Assembly (NCBI RefSeq): GCF_018977255.1
Contig: NW_024704743.1
Location: 62,560,001-62,624,000, forward strand
Reading direction: 5' to 3'
DNA length: 64,000 bases
Source of the DNA: Callorhinchus milii
Taxonomy: Eukaryota
In this document: in pieces, positions 13,557-26,048 of the stretch
How positions within the stretch are numbered: the first letter of the stretch is position 1
How the letters are laid out: each line of letters begins with the position of its first letter
Notes under the pieces: model-generated
What the model was told of the DNA's origin: nothing
What the model saw: the letters and a program-made list of their open reading frames with translations, nothing else
Databases searched by the model: none
Translations under genes and position numbers: made by a program

Positions 13557-14739
13557 CTAGAATCAAAAGAAAATGGAGGATTTTCCAACTCAAGAGCAAA
13601 ATGCTACAATACCATTCTTTAACAATAACTTACATTATGTAGCACTCTGCATGCAGGAAAGTATATCTGAGCACTGCACAAGACAGAGTTGGCCAACGAG
13701 CAAGGGAGAGGAGGGAGAAGGTGACAATAGGCATGGTCAAAGTGGTCTCAGGGGTTTGATCATGATGCAATGATTACCATTATATAGAATGGTCAGAACT
13801 ACTATATTCTCAAAATCTCTTAACTATTGACATACAATATACAGCTTATTTAGTTTGACAACTGAAGTAAATTAATTGTTATAAGCATGATTAATTTGGT
13901 CAAATTTAGTAGAAAGCTTAAAAGCACATCTGACTTGTAAGCACATTTTTAAAAAAAATTCACACTGCATTTTAAACAGTTTTTCAAAGCACAAGAAGCT
14001 ACTGCTGTGACAATCTGAAGGGTCTGACTTAAGTAAACTATCACTCCAGGATAGTCCAAATTACAGTCAACCAGTAACTGTCCAAATTACAGTCAAAATG
14101 GAAATCCCAAAATTAAAGCAGTTCACCCCTTTTTAGCCCATCCTGCAGGGTGGGGGAAAACACTCACAAAAGAAGCACTACCCATAAACCCCTCTATTCT
14201 TGAATGTTTTGCTAATGCTTTTCTTTGGTTGCAACTTCAAAGTATTAAATGGTTTAAAAGATAAACTAATATAATAATCCTTGCATTTGATAAAATAATA
14301 ATAATCCTTGCACTTGATATAGCGCTTTCCACGTCTTCTCGACGACTCAAAGCGCTTCATAGAATATACTGTAAAGTGAATTGACTGTACATTTTTGTGG
14401 GCGAAAGATACTGAATAAACTGCGGCAAAGATCCTTTTCATTCATTTGTTATCATGGACATCAGTTATTTTATCTACCTACAAGCTATATACCCACAATC
14501 CCTTCCAAATACATTGGTTGTTCAAGATTAAGCGATTATTTTCAGAACCTTTTCATTTTTAAAAATATATATTCTTGTGATTTTGAACTTATCTTTGTTC
14601 ATTCAGTCTCCAATTCTAAGTTTTAAGCTTGAATTGGTAATTTGAAAGCTTGCAATTTGTTACCGACAGCCGTAGTTGACTACTGCCATCATCTTTCCAA
14701 TCAGAAATCACATTGTGCGCCTGCCTCTGACCGTACCTT

Positions 14740-15245
14740 ATTCCAAACGTAGCCGAGACACTTGTCCATGCAGTTGTCACCTATCGCCTCAAATACACCG
14801 ATGTTCTCCTCCGCTCCACTGTCTACAAAATCCAGAAATCTGCCATCTGCATAATCACCCACACTAAACTCCATACCCCCATCACACCAGTTCTTGCAGA
14901 CTCCCTATCCCTAGGATTGATTTCAAGATCTTCAAATCCCTTCATGCCCTGGCATCTGCTTTTTCCGCAATACACTATCTGTTGCATACCTCGACTGGCT
15001 CTGGCCTCCTGCTTGTCCCTTGTGCCCTCTGTTCCACGATCGGCACCATGGTTTCAGCCACTATGACCCAAAACTCTGGAACATTCTCCTTCAATCCTTC
15101 TGTCTTGCCTCCTCCTTTCCTATCTTCAGGTTATGCTTGAAGTCCTTCGACCTTGCTTATGGTCACCCCCCACCTCCTGGCTTGGCATCGTACTTGACAC
15201 TGTCAAGCGTTCTGAGACACTGACCTGCAGGTACAAGTTGTTGCT
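14740..15245 (+). mobile_element. Old L2 3' fragment
   Basis: RIDFKI, LWN and L2 tail remnants. Confidence 0.7.
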
Positions 15246-15404
15246 ACCCATAAATTTTAAACAAAAATGGGTGTGGCATTAATGTCACAGAGTTTGTTTA
15301 TCCAAACAGATAGATGGGATCTTGGGTTAAAATCTCATCCAAAAGAACAAATTAAAATGTAATCCATATATTTTTCTTTCTACCCATCTAATCAGGGGGT
15401 TCGC

Positions 15405-15792
15405 TTAAAGCACTTCACAGAATATACTGCAAACTGTCGTGACTGCACATTTAGATGAATGCTGCAACCAAATTGCACACAGCAATTTCCCCACAAACAG
15501 CCATGAAGTGAATGGCCAACTTTATTTTGGAGATTGTTGATCAGGACACCAGGAGAAACTTCCTTCTCTTTTTGAATCGTGCCATAGGATCTTTAAAGGA
15601 CGACTTGGGAGAGGCAGACAGGACCTCAATTTAATGGCTCATCCAAAGGACATCACCTCCAACAACGCAGCACTCCCTCAATACCGTGTTGACATGTCAG
15701 CATAGACGGTACGTCCCAAGTCCCAAAGTGGGGTTGTGAACCCACAACCTTCTGACTCAGAAGTGGCAGTGATTCCAACTGAGCCAGCCTGA
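15405..15792 (-). mobile_element. Older DeuSINE-like element (related remnants at about 560-700, 9660-9815, 19000-19190, 30885-31200 and 43570-43860)
   Basis: tRNA-like head (ggctcagttgg...tctgagtcagaaggttgtgggttc), gagggagtgctgc...tggatgag central domain and the same 3' body. Resembles SacSINE1/AmnSINE1-type elements (recall). Confidence 0.7.
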
Positions 15793-16022
15793 CACACACA
15801 AGTTACAACACAACAGCCAATTCAGCCATTGCCATCTTATTGTCATCTTATTATTATTGTCACCAACACCCATGTCGCTGTCTGTACCCATTCAAAATGG
15901 CGGCTTGGGTCCGGCCTGTGGACAACCTGCACTGAACCGAGTCAGCGAGTCGACGAGAGGGAGAGAGAGAGCTGCGCCACAAAAGGTCCCCTTCATCAGC
16001 ACTCACTCACTCACTCACTCAC

Positions 16023-16109
16023 CTTACAGGTAAACACGTTGGCCGTCCCCGCGGTTTTGCTCTGGTGGACCGCTTGCTTTTTGTGCTGCTTCTTATCGGC
16101 CTCACTCAT
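16023..16109 (-). CDS. Gene L (uncharacterised U1/matrin-type zinc-finger protein), coding exon 1: MSEADKKQHKKQAVHQSKTAGTANVFTCK
   Basis: Acceptor tttgtttttcag before 16121, ATG at 16109, donor AAG|GTGAGT. Ends in phase 0 with FTCK, which completes a CxxC motif with the next exon. Confidence 0.85.
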
Positions 16110-16191
16110 CGTCCTGACGCGCTGAAAAACAAAACCCAGCAGCAAATGAGCAGCAAATGAGCAGGGCCTGTCACACACTCCGCCCACACCC

Positions 16192-16305
16192 GGCAGGGCA
16201 GCCAGGGCAGGGCGGGCCGGGCAGGGCGGGGCAGGCAGTGCGGGGCAGTGCAGGGCAGGCAGTGCGGGGCAGTGCAGGGCGGGCAGTGCAGGGCGGGGCG
16301 GGCAG
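16192..16305. repeat. Short GC-rich tandem repeat (gcagtgcggggcagtgcagggcag-like)
   Basis: Directly visible degenerate tandem units just upstream of the first coding exon of gene L. Confidence 0.8.
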
Positions 16306-16520
16306 CAAAGCAGCACATCTTCTTTTAACGGGGTTCAAGCTTCGCGCTGCGTTCGGCCTCCTCCCCCTCCTCCCCTCCCCGGTGCGGGGTCTCCTCGATT
16401 TCCCTTTACATCAATAGGTTCACGCCCTTCACACACACTCCCGCGGACAACAGAAACGTACTTAAAATAAGCGAAGGGAGAAGCGGGTTGTGTTTGGTTT
16501 GTTTCTCGGAGAGCGTTAGA

Positions 16521-16571
16521 GGCGGCGGCGGCGGCGGTGATGATGATGATGATGATGATGATGACGACGAC
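16521..16571. repeat. Adjacent (GGC)n, (GAT)n and (GAC)n trinucleotide runs in the CpG island
   Basis: Directly visible. Confidence 0.9.
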
Positions 16572-17841
16572 GGAGCTCGAGCCCCAACCGCTCGCGAACA
16601 AAACCGTTTTTCCTTCGGCGTCGACGGCGCCCGCGAGCTTCCTTTATTGCGTCTCTCTGACGCGGCGGCGGCGGTTATCACGTGGTCGAGCCGCGGCGCG
16701 CGGAGCGAGCGCTGACACGCATGCGCGCTCGCACCCCCCCCCCCCCGGGAAGGTGACAGCGGCGAGTTTCGTTCCTTCAACTTGGCGCTCGTTAGGAATT
16801 TTTTTTTCCTTCCCCCTCTCCCCCTCCCGCAAAACACTGACATCGGCAGATCACAAAGCTTCGGCAGCATTACATCGAACGGAGTGGCTCGTCCTCGCGA
16901 ACCTGTCGAGCTCCTGACGTGACGCCGTCGCCGTTGCCAAGGGAAGCGCTCGAGGTGAGCGCCAGCCAGCAGTGACGTCAGCGCGGCCGCCGGAAGTCGT
17001 GGCCTGAGCCGAGGAAGAGGAAGCAGCGAAGGTGGTGGGGTGGGGGGGTGGAGGAGCCGGCCGAGCGGCTGCTTTGTCCTCGGTGCTCACCGCCGGCCAT
17101 CGCCGACCAGTCAAGGCAGCGCTCCGGGGCCGCAGCACCGGCCCGGGCTCGAGTCGAAGCGGTGAGCTGCGCGCGACTGCTGACCCTCGCGCCGCGCCGC
17201 GCCGCTCCGCTCCGCTCACCGGGAGCGGGGATTACTCTACCGCCTAATGCGGGCTGTGGGCAAGTGGTCCATCCCTGCACCGGAGGGTTCACAGCGATGC
17301 TGGTCAACACTGCAGCAATGTGAATCCCGCTCCAGACACACACACACAGTCATTTCATGGTTATGTGAAACGGATCTCGTTTGTGGTTTTTAATGCTTTA
17401 TTTATAACCTTTTACATTTTGATGGTAAAGTAGGAAGATATTTTTAACCTGTGCGGAGCCGGGCAATGCACATTCAGGACCGTCCCAGAGCTTCAGGAAC
17501 GGTCTTCCCAATTCTCCCTTGGTGAGCATGAACCGTGAGCGGTGGTCAGGATGCTACAGTTGACCTCAGTGTCCCAGGCGTTGGAAAAGGGACAATCAGA
17601 ATTCCTATTCATAATTGTTATCCAGTGATCCTATTGGAAAATTCTATTGCATGGATAGAAAATGAGAAGTTGAGCTCGGTTGTGAAGCCGCTTGAATTGG
17701 AATATCCGACAGACAATTATATGAGCTCCCAGGGATACTGTATGTAATGGTTTGTTTTTTCAAGAGGAAGGATGTTCTGATTTTTTTTATTGAGAAACGT
17801 TACACAAAATAGTAATATTTTGGGGAATTTGTGAATTATAG

Positions 17842-17908
17842 GTTGTTAAAGCACAGCATCCATCCAATCCGGTTAAAGCAATGAATCGAGCAGCATTTCC
17901 AACCAACA
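17842..17908 (+). CDS. Gene R exon A: VVKAQHPSNPVKAMNRAAFPTN (in-frame ATG at 17881)
   Basis: attatag acceptor, A|GTAAGT donor, 67 nt, phase 0-1. Joins in frame to the large exon at 21910. Confidence 0.65.
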
Positions 17909-18167
17909 GTAAGTATACTTTATGTATGGTTTCTTGCATGTTACAATTCGTAATGTAACAGGAAGTTTATATGTATCTATTTCTGTCATTTTACATGTCT
18001 GGCCTGGCTCATGTGATGGTGGGGTTTCACTCATGACATCTATTTTCATATGTTGTCTGTTGCGTATTTGGTCAGATAAACCGATTCATGTTAGTCACAC
18101 GTGGATGGTGGTGGATAAGATTGGGAGCCCAGCAAGCAGGGGTTTAGAAAAATCAAGCCGGGTCGAA

Positions 18168-18725
18168 ACATAGAAACAGGAGTAGGCCATTCAGCCCCTC
18201 AAGCCTGTTCCATCATTGTATAAGATCATGGCTGATCTGTACTTCAAGTCCAATTACCTGCCTTTGCCCTGGATCCCTCAATAATACCCTGACCCAACAA
18301 ATATCTAGCCACCTCAGTCTTGAAAATGTTAATGGATCCAGCATCCCCAGCCTTTTGGGGGAGAGACATCCAGATTTCCATTGCCCTTTGGGTGAAAAAC
18401 TGCCTCCGGATTTCACTCCTAAATGGCCTAGCTCTAATTTTAAGACTGTGCCCCCTTGTTCTGGATTCCCCACCAGAGGACATAGTTTCTCTGTATCTAC
18501 CCTATCGAATCCTTTTATTTTTTTAAAAACCTCAATCAGATCACCTCAACCTTCTGAACTCAAGTGAATAGAAACCAAGTTTATACAACCTGTCCTCATA
18601 ATTTTGCCCTCTAAGCCCTGCTATCATTCTGGTGAATCTGCACTGCACCCCTTCCGGAGCCAATATATCCTTTCTGAGGTGTGGTGCCCAAAACTGAACA
18701 CAGTACTCCAGATGGGGTCTGACCA
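18168..18725 (-). mobile_element. CR1-type LINE 3' fragment, abutting an L2 tail at about 18735-18856 (+)
   Basis: LVRPHLEYCVQFWAP and TRGHSLKIRARPFRSEIRRQFFTQR motifs. Confidence 0.9.
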
Positions 18726-19315
18726 AGGAGGTAAAGCTCTCCATGGCCTTGCTGCCCCCTACCCCCAGCTTGGCTCCGAAACACTGATTGTCCAGCACCT
18801 TGGGACGTCCTCCCGATGTGAAAGGCACTATACAAATGTAATTTTGTTGTTGTTGTAAAGGCATGGGTGAGGATTTCAGCTTGTCGAGGTTAACTTGTGC
18901 AAAAATAGAAGATGGAAAAACAGTCAGAGGCTGTTTGAGAGTTGAACAAAATGGTAATGTTTCTTCATGGCCTATGAGTTCGAATGAGGAATCAGCGTGA
19001 TCAGTTCAGGAGATAAGAATGGCCAATTTATCTGGGGGCTTGTTGACTAGGACATGGGGAGAAACTCTCTTTGAATTGTGTCCTGTGATATTTAATTTAT
19101 ACCTTCTAGGGTCTCAATTCAACAGCTTATTAGATGGGCCACACCTCTAGCAATACAATGTTTCCCCTGTACTGTACTAGAATGTCAGTTGACACCAGGC
19201 GGCTCTTGGGCTGGCACTGGACCAGCGGGTGATTTTACGCGGCCTGCAAACCATTTCAGACTTCACAGTTTTATCACTCTCTTCTGGTCAGTCTGCGCAC
19301 TGCAGCAGCATGAGG

Positions 19316-20790
19316 CAACAACAACAGAATTACATTTGTACAACGTCTTTCACGTCAGGAGGACGTCCCAAGGTGCTGGGCAATCAGTGTTTCGGACCTG
19401 AGCTGGGGATCAAGGAGGGTGGAAGGTAGTGGGGGGGGGCAAGAGAGTGATCAAGGCATGGTCGAAGAGGAGGGTCTTGAGATGGGTCTTGAAGGGGGCG
19501 AGGCAGAGGGACTGCAGGATGGTGTTCCAGAGGGTGGTGGCAGATTGGCTGTAGGCCCGCCTTCATGGCCTTCATGGGGCGGACGAGGCAGGGGATGTGA
19601 AGCAGGCCGGAGCCCGCTGAATGGAGTGAGCAGGCAGGTTAGTAGGAGGTTAGGCGGTCGCAGGGGTAGGGCGGGGTAAGGTCATGGAGGGTTTTGAAAG
19701 TGAGGACAAGGATCTTGAACTACATCCTCTATATGCTGTGGACAGCACAGAAACCAATTGGAGGGGTTCATAGAGGGAATGGCGGGAGGAAACAGCGAAG
19801 CTGGGACACGACTACTCATTCCAGGGCCTTGGAGAGGAATGGGAGGTTGGAGATGGGGCATCAGCTGGAGAGTAGGGATGGGTCCAGGGAAGGTTTTTTG
19901 AGGATGGAGGTGATGACAGCTGTTTTTAGGGGGGTGGGAACAGTGCCAGTGGATAAGGAGAAGTTGATAATGTCGGTTAAAAAGAGGGGCCAGGAGGTGG
20001 AGCTGGGAGGTGAGGAGCGGGGTGGGGATGGGATCAAGGGAACAGGTGGTGGGCTTTATTTTTGAGATAATGGAGGTGAGGGAAGAGGGGGAGACAGGTC
20101 GAAGGTATGTAGGGAGGGATGGGTGTGGGGCGGTGGGGGAGGTGATGAGGGGGTGTTACCGGTGGATGGGAGACAACTAGCTGAATGAATCCCCTCGATT
20201 TTGGATTCGAGAAGTCTAACATCTACTCGCAGTTGGAATTGGAGGAGAGAATGGGCGAAGCGTGGGAAGGTGGATAGAGGAGGCAGTTAGTGGTGTAGAA
20301 GAGGAGCCTGGGATTATCCTTGGCCGCCAAGATTATCTTGGAGTAAAAGGATGATTTGGCGGAGGCAAGGACAGAGTGGTAAGTCTTAGTGTGGTCAAGC
20401 CAGATGTGCCAATGGACCGTTTGGTTTGATTGGTCCAGGTGTGTTCGGAAGCCCGCACTTGTACCTTGAGGGATCAGAGATGGCTGGTGTACCAGGAGCA
20501 TTTATGGGGATATCAGGCAGTTTGAGAGGTGAGGAGGGCAAGGGTGTCAAGGAAGGAGGAGAGGGAGAAGAGAGATTGAGGAGGGTAGGGCACTGTGAGA
20601 GGAGGGCCAGAAGGGCAGGAGTTCGGATGACTCCAGGGCAATGGACTGGGAGTGGGGGGAGATTTATTCCAAGGGCGGTAGGTGAAAGAAGTGGGTTGAG
20701 TAGGGGGAAAGGGGACGGAGGTATTAAGGGAGATGAAGTGGTGATTAGAGATGGGTTTATCAGTGATGGTGAGGTCTGAGAAGAACACAA
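19316..20790 (-). mobile_element. Degenerate, internally deleted L2 LINE
   Basis: L2 tail at about 19316-19390, PISNLP-like region, and the pre-RT AKSSFYSKII...NPRLLF region. Confidence 0.8.
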
Positions 20791-21909
20791 TTTAAAACAT
20801 CATATTTCAATATGATTCTTTATATTTCTGGAAGGGAAAAAAAATATTGCTTGTGCAGCCTGCTGACATCTCTCACGTGAAATCTGGCTATCGACACCAA
20901 AAAGGTTGGTCCACCCTCATCTAGACAATGACCTCTAGTCCTGGTGATATGCAAAGCTAATAGCATTGCATTTGAGGTTCTTCTGAATCCGGGAGTTACT
21001 GGGTCTGTGGATTAGAAAGTCATTCAATGCAGCTTAGAACATTCTCTGCTCCTTGTGAGTCAATTGGTAGCATTCTACTTTACTCATTCAAGTTTCTTTC
21101 TTTTAGATTCTTGTGCTCCTTCTTAAAACATTTTCTTTTCACAGTTTTCTTGGATTTTTTTCTGTTTTTTTAAGAGCATACAAAGCTCTATTGTCTTCAT
21201 CGAGGAGCCAAAGGTGATGTAGACTTTGGCAAATCTGTTCTGTCTTGGTGCTTAGGATCACCTTAGTTATGTTTTTGTTTCATTACGTTTTGCCCACAAA
21301 ATATACAGTCAATTCACTTTACAGTATATTCTGTAAACCCCTTTGAGATGTCTCGAAGACGTGCTAAGGCGCTGTATCAAATGCAACGATTATTATTAGT
21401 GAATCCATATAAAATTCCTCTACTTGTAACACATAAAATGCTTTCGGTATGACTACAAACCAAATCATCCATAATTAAAGAATAAATAAATAGTGTATTG
21501 AATTTAATTTCTGAATACTGTACATTTTTAAAGCAATATTTTAAAATATTTGAACTTTTTGAATTTGCTGGAGTAATGGAAATTCAGCTTCTTCCAGAAT
21601 GTCTTCCAGCTTTTCAAAGCATGTTCATACAGAGTAATGTATAATAATAATTCTTGCATTTGATACAGTGCCTTATGTTGTTGAGACATCTCAAAGTGCT
21701 TCACAGAATATATTGTAAAGTAAATTGACTGTATTTTGTGGGCGAAATGTTGCAACCAATTGCGCACAGCAATGTCCCACAAGCGATTGTGGATTGAGTG
21801 ACTAGATTTTTTTGTTGACCTTGACGTCTGTTTGATTAATCTATTGGTGTTAGTTACTTGTACTCAATATATTTCATAACTTCTTCCAATTTATTGTTTG
21901 TTTTTGGAG

Positions 21910-23518
21910 GAGGCTGGCAGCAAGATTGGCAAACATCCCCCTCAAGGTCAGAATTAAATTTAATGGAAGAAATCCGAACAATCCGAAGGGGTGACCAAAT
22001 TGTGAGCAATGAGATGGGCTATTCATCTGAAAGAAGAGATGGTGGGGTTCAGTATGCATTTGATGGCAGAGATCCGAATATGTATCCTGATTGGGGAAGG
22101 GATAGTAAAGTTTCATTCGTACAGAGTGCTGGAGCTTTAGATAGATACTCAGACATGAGAAGTGTTGATCGAGGACGACATGATGATGGTATTTCAAGTG
22201 GACATGGTGACTGGAGACGAGAGAGCAAAGAACAATATGTAGATGGTACCGTAAATTATGATCAGTACCCTAATCGCAAGGGTCCTGATCTTCGGTATCT
22301 TGATCAACAACACCCCGATCGTCCATTTCCTGATCAGCAACATCCTGAACATTCATATCCTGATCATCGCCATTCCGATCAGCAACATCCCAATCAGCAA
22401 TATCCTGATCGGCGGTATCCTGATCAACAATATCCCGATTCTTGGCGTCCTGATCCTCGGCATTCCGATCAACAACATCCTGATCCTCGGTATCCCGATC
22501 AGCAACGTTCCGACCCTCGGTATCCCGATCAGCAACGTTCCGACCCTCGGTATCCCGATCAGCAATGTTCCGATCCTCGGTATCCTGATCAACTACGTTT
22601 TGATCCTCGGTATTCCGATCAGCAACGTTCCGACTCTCGGTATCCCGATCAGCAACGTTCCGATCCTCGGTATCCTGATCAACAACGTCCTGATCGCCAG
22701 TATCCTGATCAGCGAGATCCTGGATATCCTGATCAACTACGTTCCGATCCTGGATATCCTGATCAACAACGTTCCGATTTTCGGTATCCTGATCAGCAAC
22801 CTCACGATCGCCGCTATCCTGATCAGCGAGATTTTGATCCTCGTTATCCCGATCAACAACGTCCCGATCCTCGATATCCTGATCAACAACCTCCTGATCC
22901 TCGTTATCCCGATCAACAACGGTCCGATCCTCGTTATCCCGATCAACAACGGTCCGATCCTCGTTATCCCGATCAACAACGGTCCGATCCTCGATATCCC
23001 GATCAACAACGTCCCGATCCTCGCTATCAAGATCAGCGAGATCCTGATCCTCGGTATCCCGATCAGCAACCTCCCGATCGCCGCTATGTTGATCAGCGAA
23101 ACTCTGATCCTCGGTATCCCGATCAGCAACCTCCCGATCGCTGCTATCCGGATCAGCGAGACCTCGATCCTCGATATCCCGATCAGCAACGTTCTGATTC
23201 CCATTATCCCGATCAGCAACCTCCCGAACGCCGGTATCCCGATCATCCATATCTTGATAAGCAACATCCTGATCACCAGTATCCTCCTGATCTGAGAACA
23301 GAAGACCGAGGTCAATATGGGGATAATGTCCAAGATTCATATAGATATAGTGACTGGAGACGAGAAAACCCAACACACTATGGAAATAAGTTGGGGGATT
23401 TAGGCAGGCATTTAAATGATAAGCAAGGGCGCTATCAAGATGACGCCGGAAGTTCAGACTGGCGGAAAGATGACCAAAATCAATATGAAAATGAACACAG
23501 TGAAAGAGAACAGACTGG
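21910..23518 (+). CDS. Gene R exon B: 1609-nt exon with the YPDQQRSDPR repeat array
   Basis: Lies within ORF 21858-23522. tttgtttttggag acceptor, GG|GTAGGT donor, phase 1-2. The non-repeat flanks are also open. Confidence 0.85.
22296..23290 (+). repeat. Coding 30-bp minisatellite (about 33 units; consensus tatcccgatcagcaacgttccgatcctcgg)
   Basis: Directly visible tandem repeat inside gene R exon B. Confidence 0.97.
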
Positions 23519-23915
23519 GTAGGTTTATATCGTATGTTAATAAATATAAATATGTACAATCATTCAGTGAAACAAACTCATAGTGTCAATAAATTATTTG
23601 AGTTTACTTCATTCTTCAGATTTTCAGCATTCTCAACAATGAGAATTTGCATTGTTTTGTAGAGATACTAATAAATTCCATCTTGTGCTTCTGCATGGAT
23701 TGTTCTATGGTTTGTTTTTAGAATTAAATATGGTTGTATTATTATGATGTTATTCTAATATACTGTTCGTCAGTTATTGCTAAACACAAAACCAACACCA
23801 AAGCTCAACATTTTTCATTTGAATACTTTTCAGATTATAGTGACTGTATGTTTGAATTATTAAAACGTTTGAACTGTATTGTGGAAGTACAGATCTAGTT
23901 ATTTTTGTATTACAG

Positions 23916-23943
23916 GAAATTTCATCACTGGAAGGTGGACAAG
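23916..23943 (+). CDS. Gene R exon C: (G)KFHHWKVDK
   Basis: ttttgtattacag acceptor, AAG|GTAGGT donor, 28 nt, phase 2-0, bridging exons B and D exactly. Confidence 0.75.
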
Positions 23944-24766
23944 GTAGGTCAGAATAATTTCACTCCTAGTTTCAGATTAAACTCCTGTATTCCAAAGAAT
24001 TGATGGAAAGTATTGAAAGGATCAGACCACAGCAATGAGGCCGATTCTCTGTTACAGGGTTGAGCAATGATTGCATAAATTGGTGCTCTAAAGCACTTAA
24101 AATCAATAAATAATTGAAATTATTGCCTGAAAGGGTGGTGGAATCAGATTCAATGATAACTTTCAAAAGGGAATTGGATATTTACTGAAAGGAAAAAAAG
24201 ATATGCAAGGTATCTCTTTCACTAATTAGGTAGCTCTTTCAAAGAGCCGACACAGGCACGATGGGCCGAATGACATCCTCCTGTGCTGTAAGATTCTGTG
24301 ATTCTATAAAGTCTCCAAAAACTGTTTATGAGGAAATCTCTTGGGGTTTATGCTTTTAGGTGCACCATGGTATCCATGCACAAGAGCATAATTTAAAGAT
24401 TATGAGGGAAAATTTTAGGAGCAATACCAGTATATAGTTCTTTACACAAAGAAACCACTTGATGCTATTGTTGATATTGTAGAAGGATTAGATCAAATGA
24501 GCTGAAGGACCTTCCTCATTTGGAACTCTTGCAAGAAAAAAATCTGTTGTATGTCTCCCTACATCTATATGATTGACTATCTAGAATATAAAAAAGTTTT
24601 CACATTTTTAAGGCATATTTATGCCCATATATCCCCAGGCGCTCTGGGACGCTATCCTACATATATAAATGCAAGTTGTTGTTGTATGGGATAAATAATA
24701 AAGATGTGTGATGTACTCCACTTGTGACTTTGACCATAACTGAGACTTCTGAGTTTTCTTTCGTAG

Positions 24767-24838
24767 GATAATTATTCCAGGACAGAAAGTTTATCAGATG
24801 TAGCTGATATTAAAAGAAAGAAATTGTATGACTATTTG
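24767..24838 (+). CDS. Gene R exon D: DNYSRTESLSDVADIKRKKLYDYL
   Basis: ttttctttcgtag acceptor, TTG|GTGAGT donor, 72 nt, phase 0-0. Confidence 0.85.
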
Positions 24839-25027
24839 GTGAGTAATTTAGGTTTTATATAAGATGTATATTCATTTTGCTGATTAAAGTTAATAGTTAT
24901 ATCCAAATTGATAGTGAACTTTTAAAAAATAAGCAATTAACCTTTTTATTTTTCCAAGGTTAAATCAAAAAATGTTTTGTTTATGCATTTTGTCCAGTAT
25001 ATTAAGGTATGACTTTTTTTATTTAAG

Positions 25028-25129
25028 CAAAACTTTCAGATAAAAAGTGAAGATGATGCCAGCTTTGTTCTGAAAGTTACCAAGGCTTTCAAGGATGCAA
25101 TAATCGGCTACTACAAACGGAAAGAAACT
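25028..25129 (+). CDS. Gene R exon E: QNFQIKSEDDASFVLKVTKAFKDAIIGYYKRKET (predicted helical motif)
   Basis: ttttttatttaag acceptor, ACT|GTAAGT donor, 102 nt, phase 0-0. The NFxIxSExDAxFxLxVT motif is recalled from the same uncharacterised fish zinc-finger family. Confidence 0.85.
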
Positions 25130-26048
25130 GTAAGTATTTTGAAATTGCTTTACTGTACGCAAGTTCATGGAACCAAGTGAAATGAATTGTGAAGATCTCT
25201 GTTGTTAAACAATTGTTAAGAATGAAAATTAATTAAGAATGAAAATTGAAACTTCATTAAAAGATTTTGTATTTTGTGGAATGTATTATAGATGCTGTTA
25301 TGAAACAGCACAATTTTCCATCTGTTGAACATATCTGTCTTTGAACCTGCAATACAAATAACTACTTCTTAAGCCTTGGGGTTCTCATCATCTTCACACA
25401 CAAACACACTGCCTCAGAGAAATCTGAATATCAGATATAAGCTGCAATATAAATTTGCAGCAAGTCTTTCGGAAATGTTGACTTTGCATTCAGTTGGAGT
25501 GTCATCTGGGTTTATAGCTTTAATTGACTGACTAGCAAGTAACAATTAGAGTAAAGTTACTTGCACTGAAAAATTAAGAATTCTGAAAATGTACTGTTGA
25601 TGCACTTGATCATATCTGACTGATCACAGTTGGGGTATTACAGAGATAGTAGTTTGGGACGTCCTCCCGACGTGAAAAGCGCTATATCAAATGCAAGGAT
25701 TATTATTATTATTATTAAAGGTAAGGTTCTTTTGCAGAGAAAGGTAATCAGGTGAGTCAGTACAGCTTGATTTGGGATATTTCTTGTTAATTTTGCCTTC
25801 GGTCATTTCTCAGTGATGCTGAGAAGAGGTAAAGAAGCCAAGGGGCGATTTAAAAAAAAAAGGCAATGAATAATCAATTTGAAGAATAAAAAATTACTTA
25901 TCCCAAACTAAAGAAATTAAAATGTTTGATGTTTAGTGGTTCTACGTATCCCATCGGAACATAATTTAGCTAATCTCAAACCAGCTCACAGCAGACACTG
26001 CCCTTCAACATTGTCATTCTTACATGATGTTTGATGTAGAAAGTAAAA

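Larger units (their letters stand above)
15890..17300. promoter_or_regulatory. CpG island / bidirectional promoter shared by genes L and R
   Basis: GC- and CpG-rich block in an AT-rich background, between two divergent genes. E-box CACGTG 16679-16684, NRF1-like CGCATGCGC 16718-16726, RFX-like GTTGCCAAGGGAA near 16933, full CRE TGACGTCA 16973-16980, ETS/GABP CCGGAAGT 16990-16997. Confidence 0.8.

Noticed and set aside
14168..14236. Possible extra gene L exon ending MGSASF|GTGAGT
   Set aside because: Inclusion would separate the two cysteines of zinc finger 1. It could at most be a minor alternative start, and nothing supports that.
16335..17343. Many short ORFs in the CpG island
   Set aside because: Expected in GC-rich DNA, with no recognisable domains. 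Only the 16023-16109 segment fits a gene model.
4400..17840. Recombinase-type inverted repeats bounding an invertible promoter/zinc-finger block
   Set aside because: I found no matching inverted sequences by eye between 4400-5690 and 17000-17840. A dot plot is needed to exclude short ones.
22296..23290. CRISPR-like regular repeat
   Set aside because: Contiguous tandem units with no unique spacers, in a eukaryotic coding exon.
22258..23559. Overlapping long ORFs in other frames and on the opposite strand (345, 429 and 198 aa)
   Set aside because: By-products of a stop-poor 30-bp tandem repeat. Only the 21858 frame has splice sites that join to other exons.
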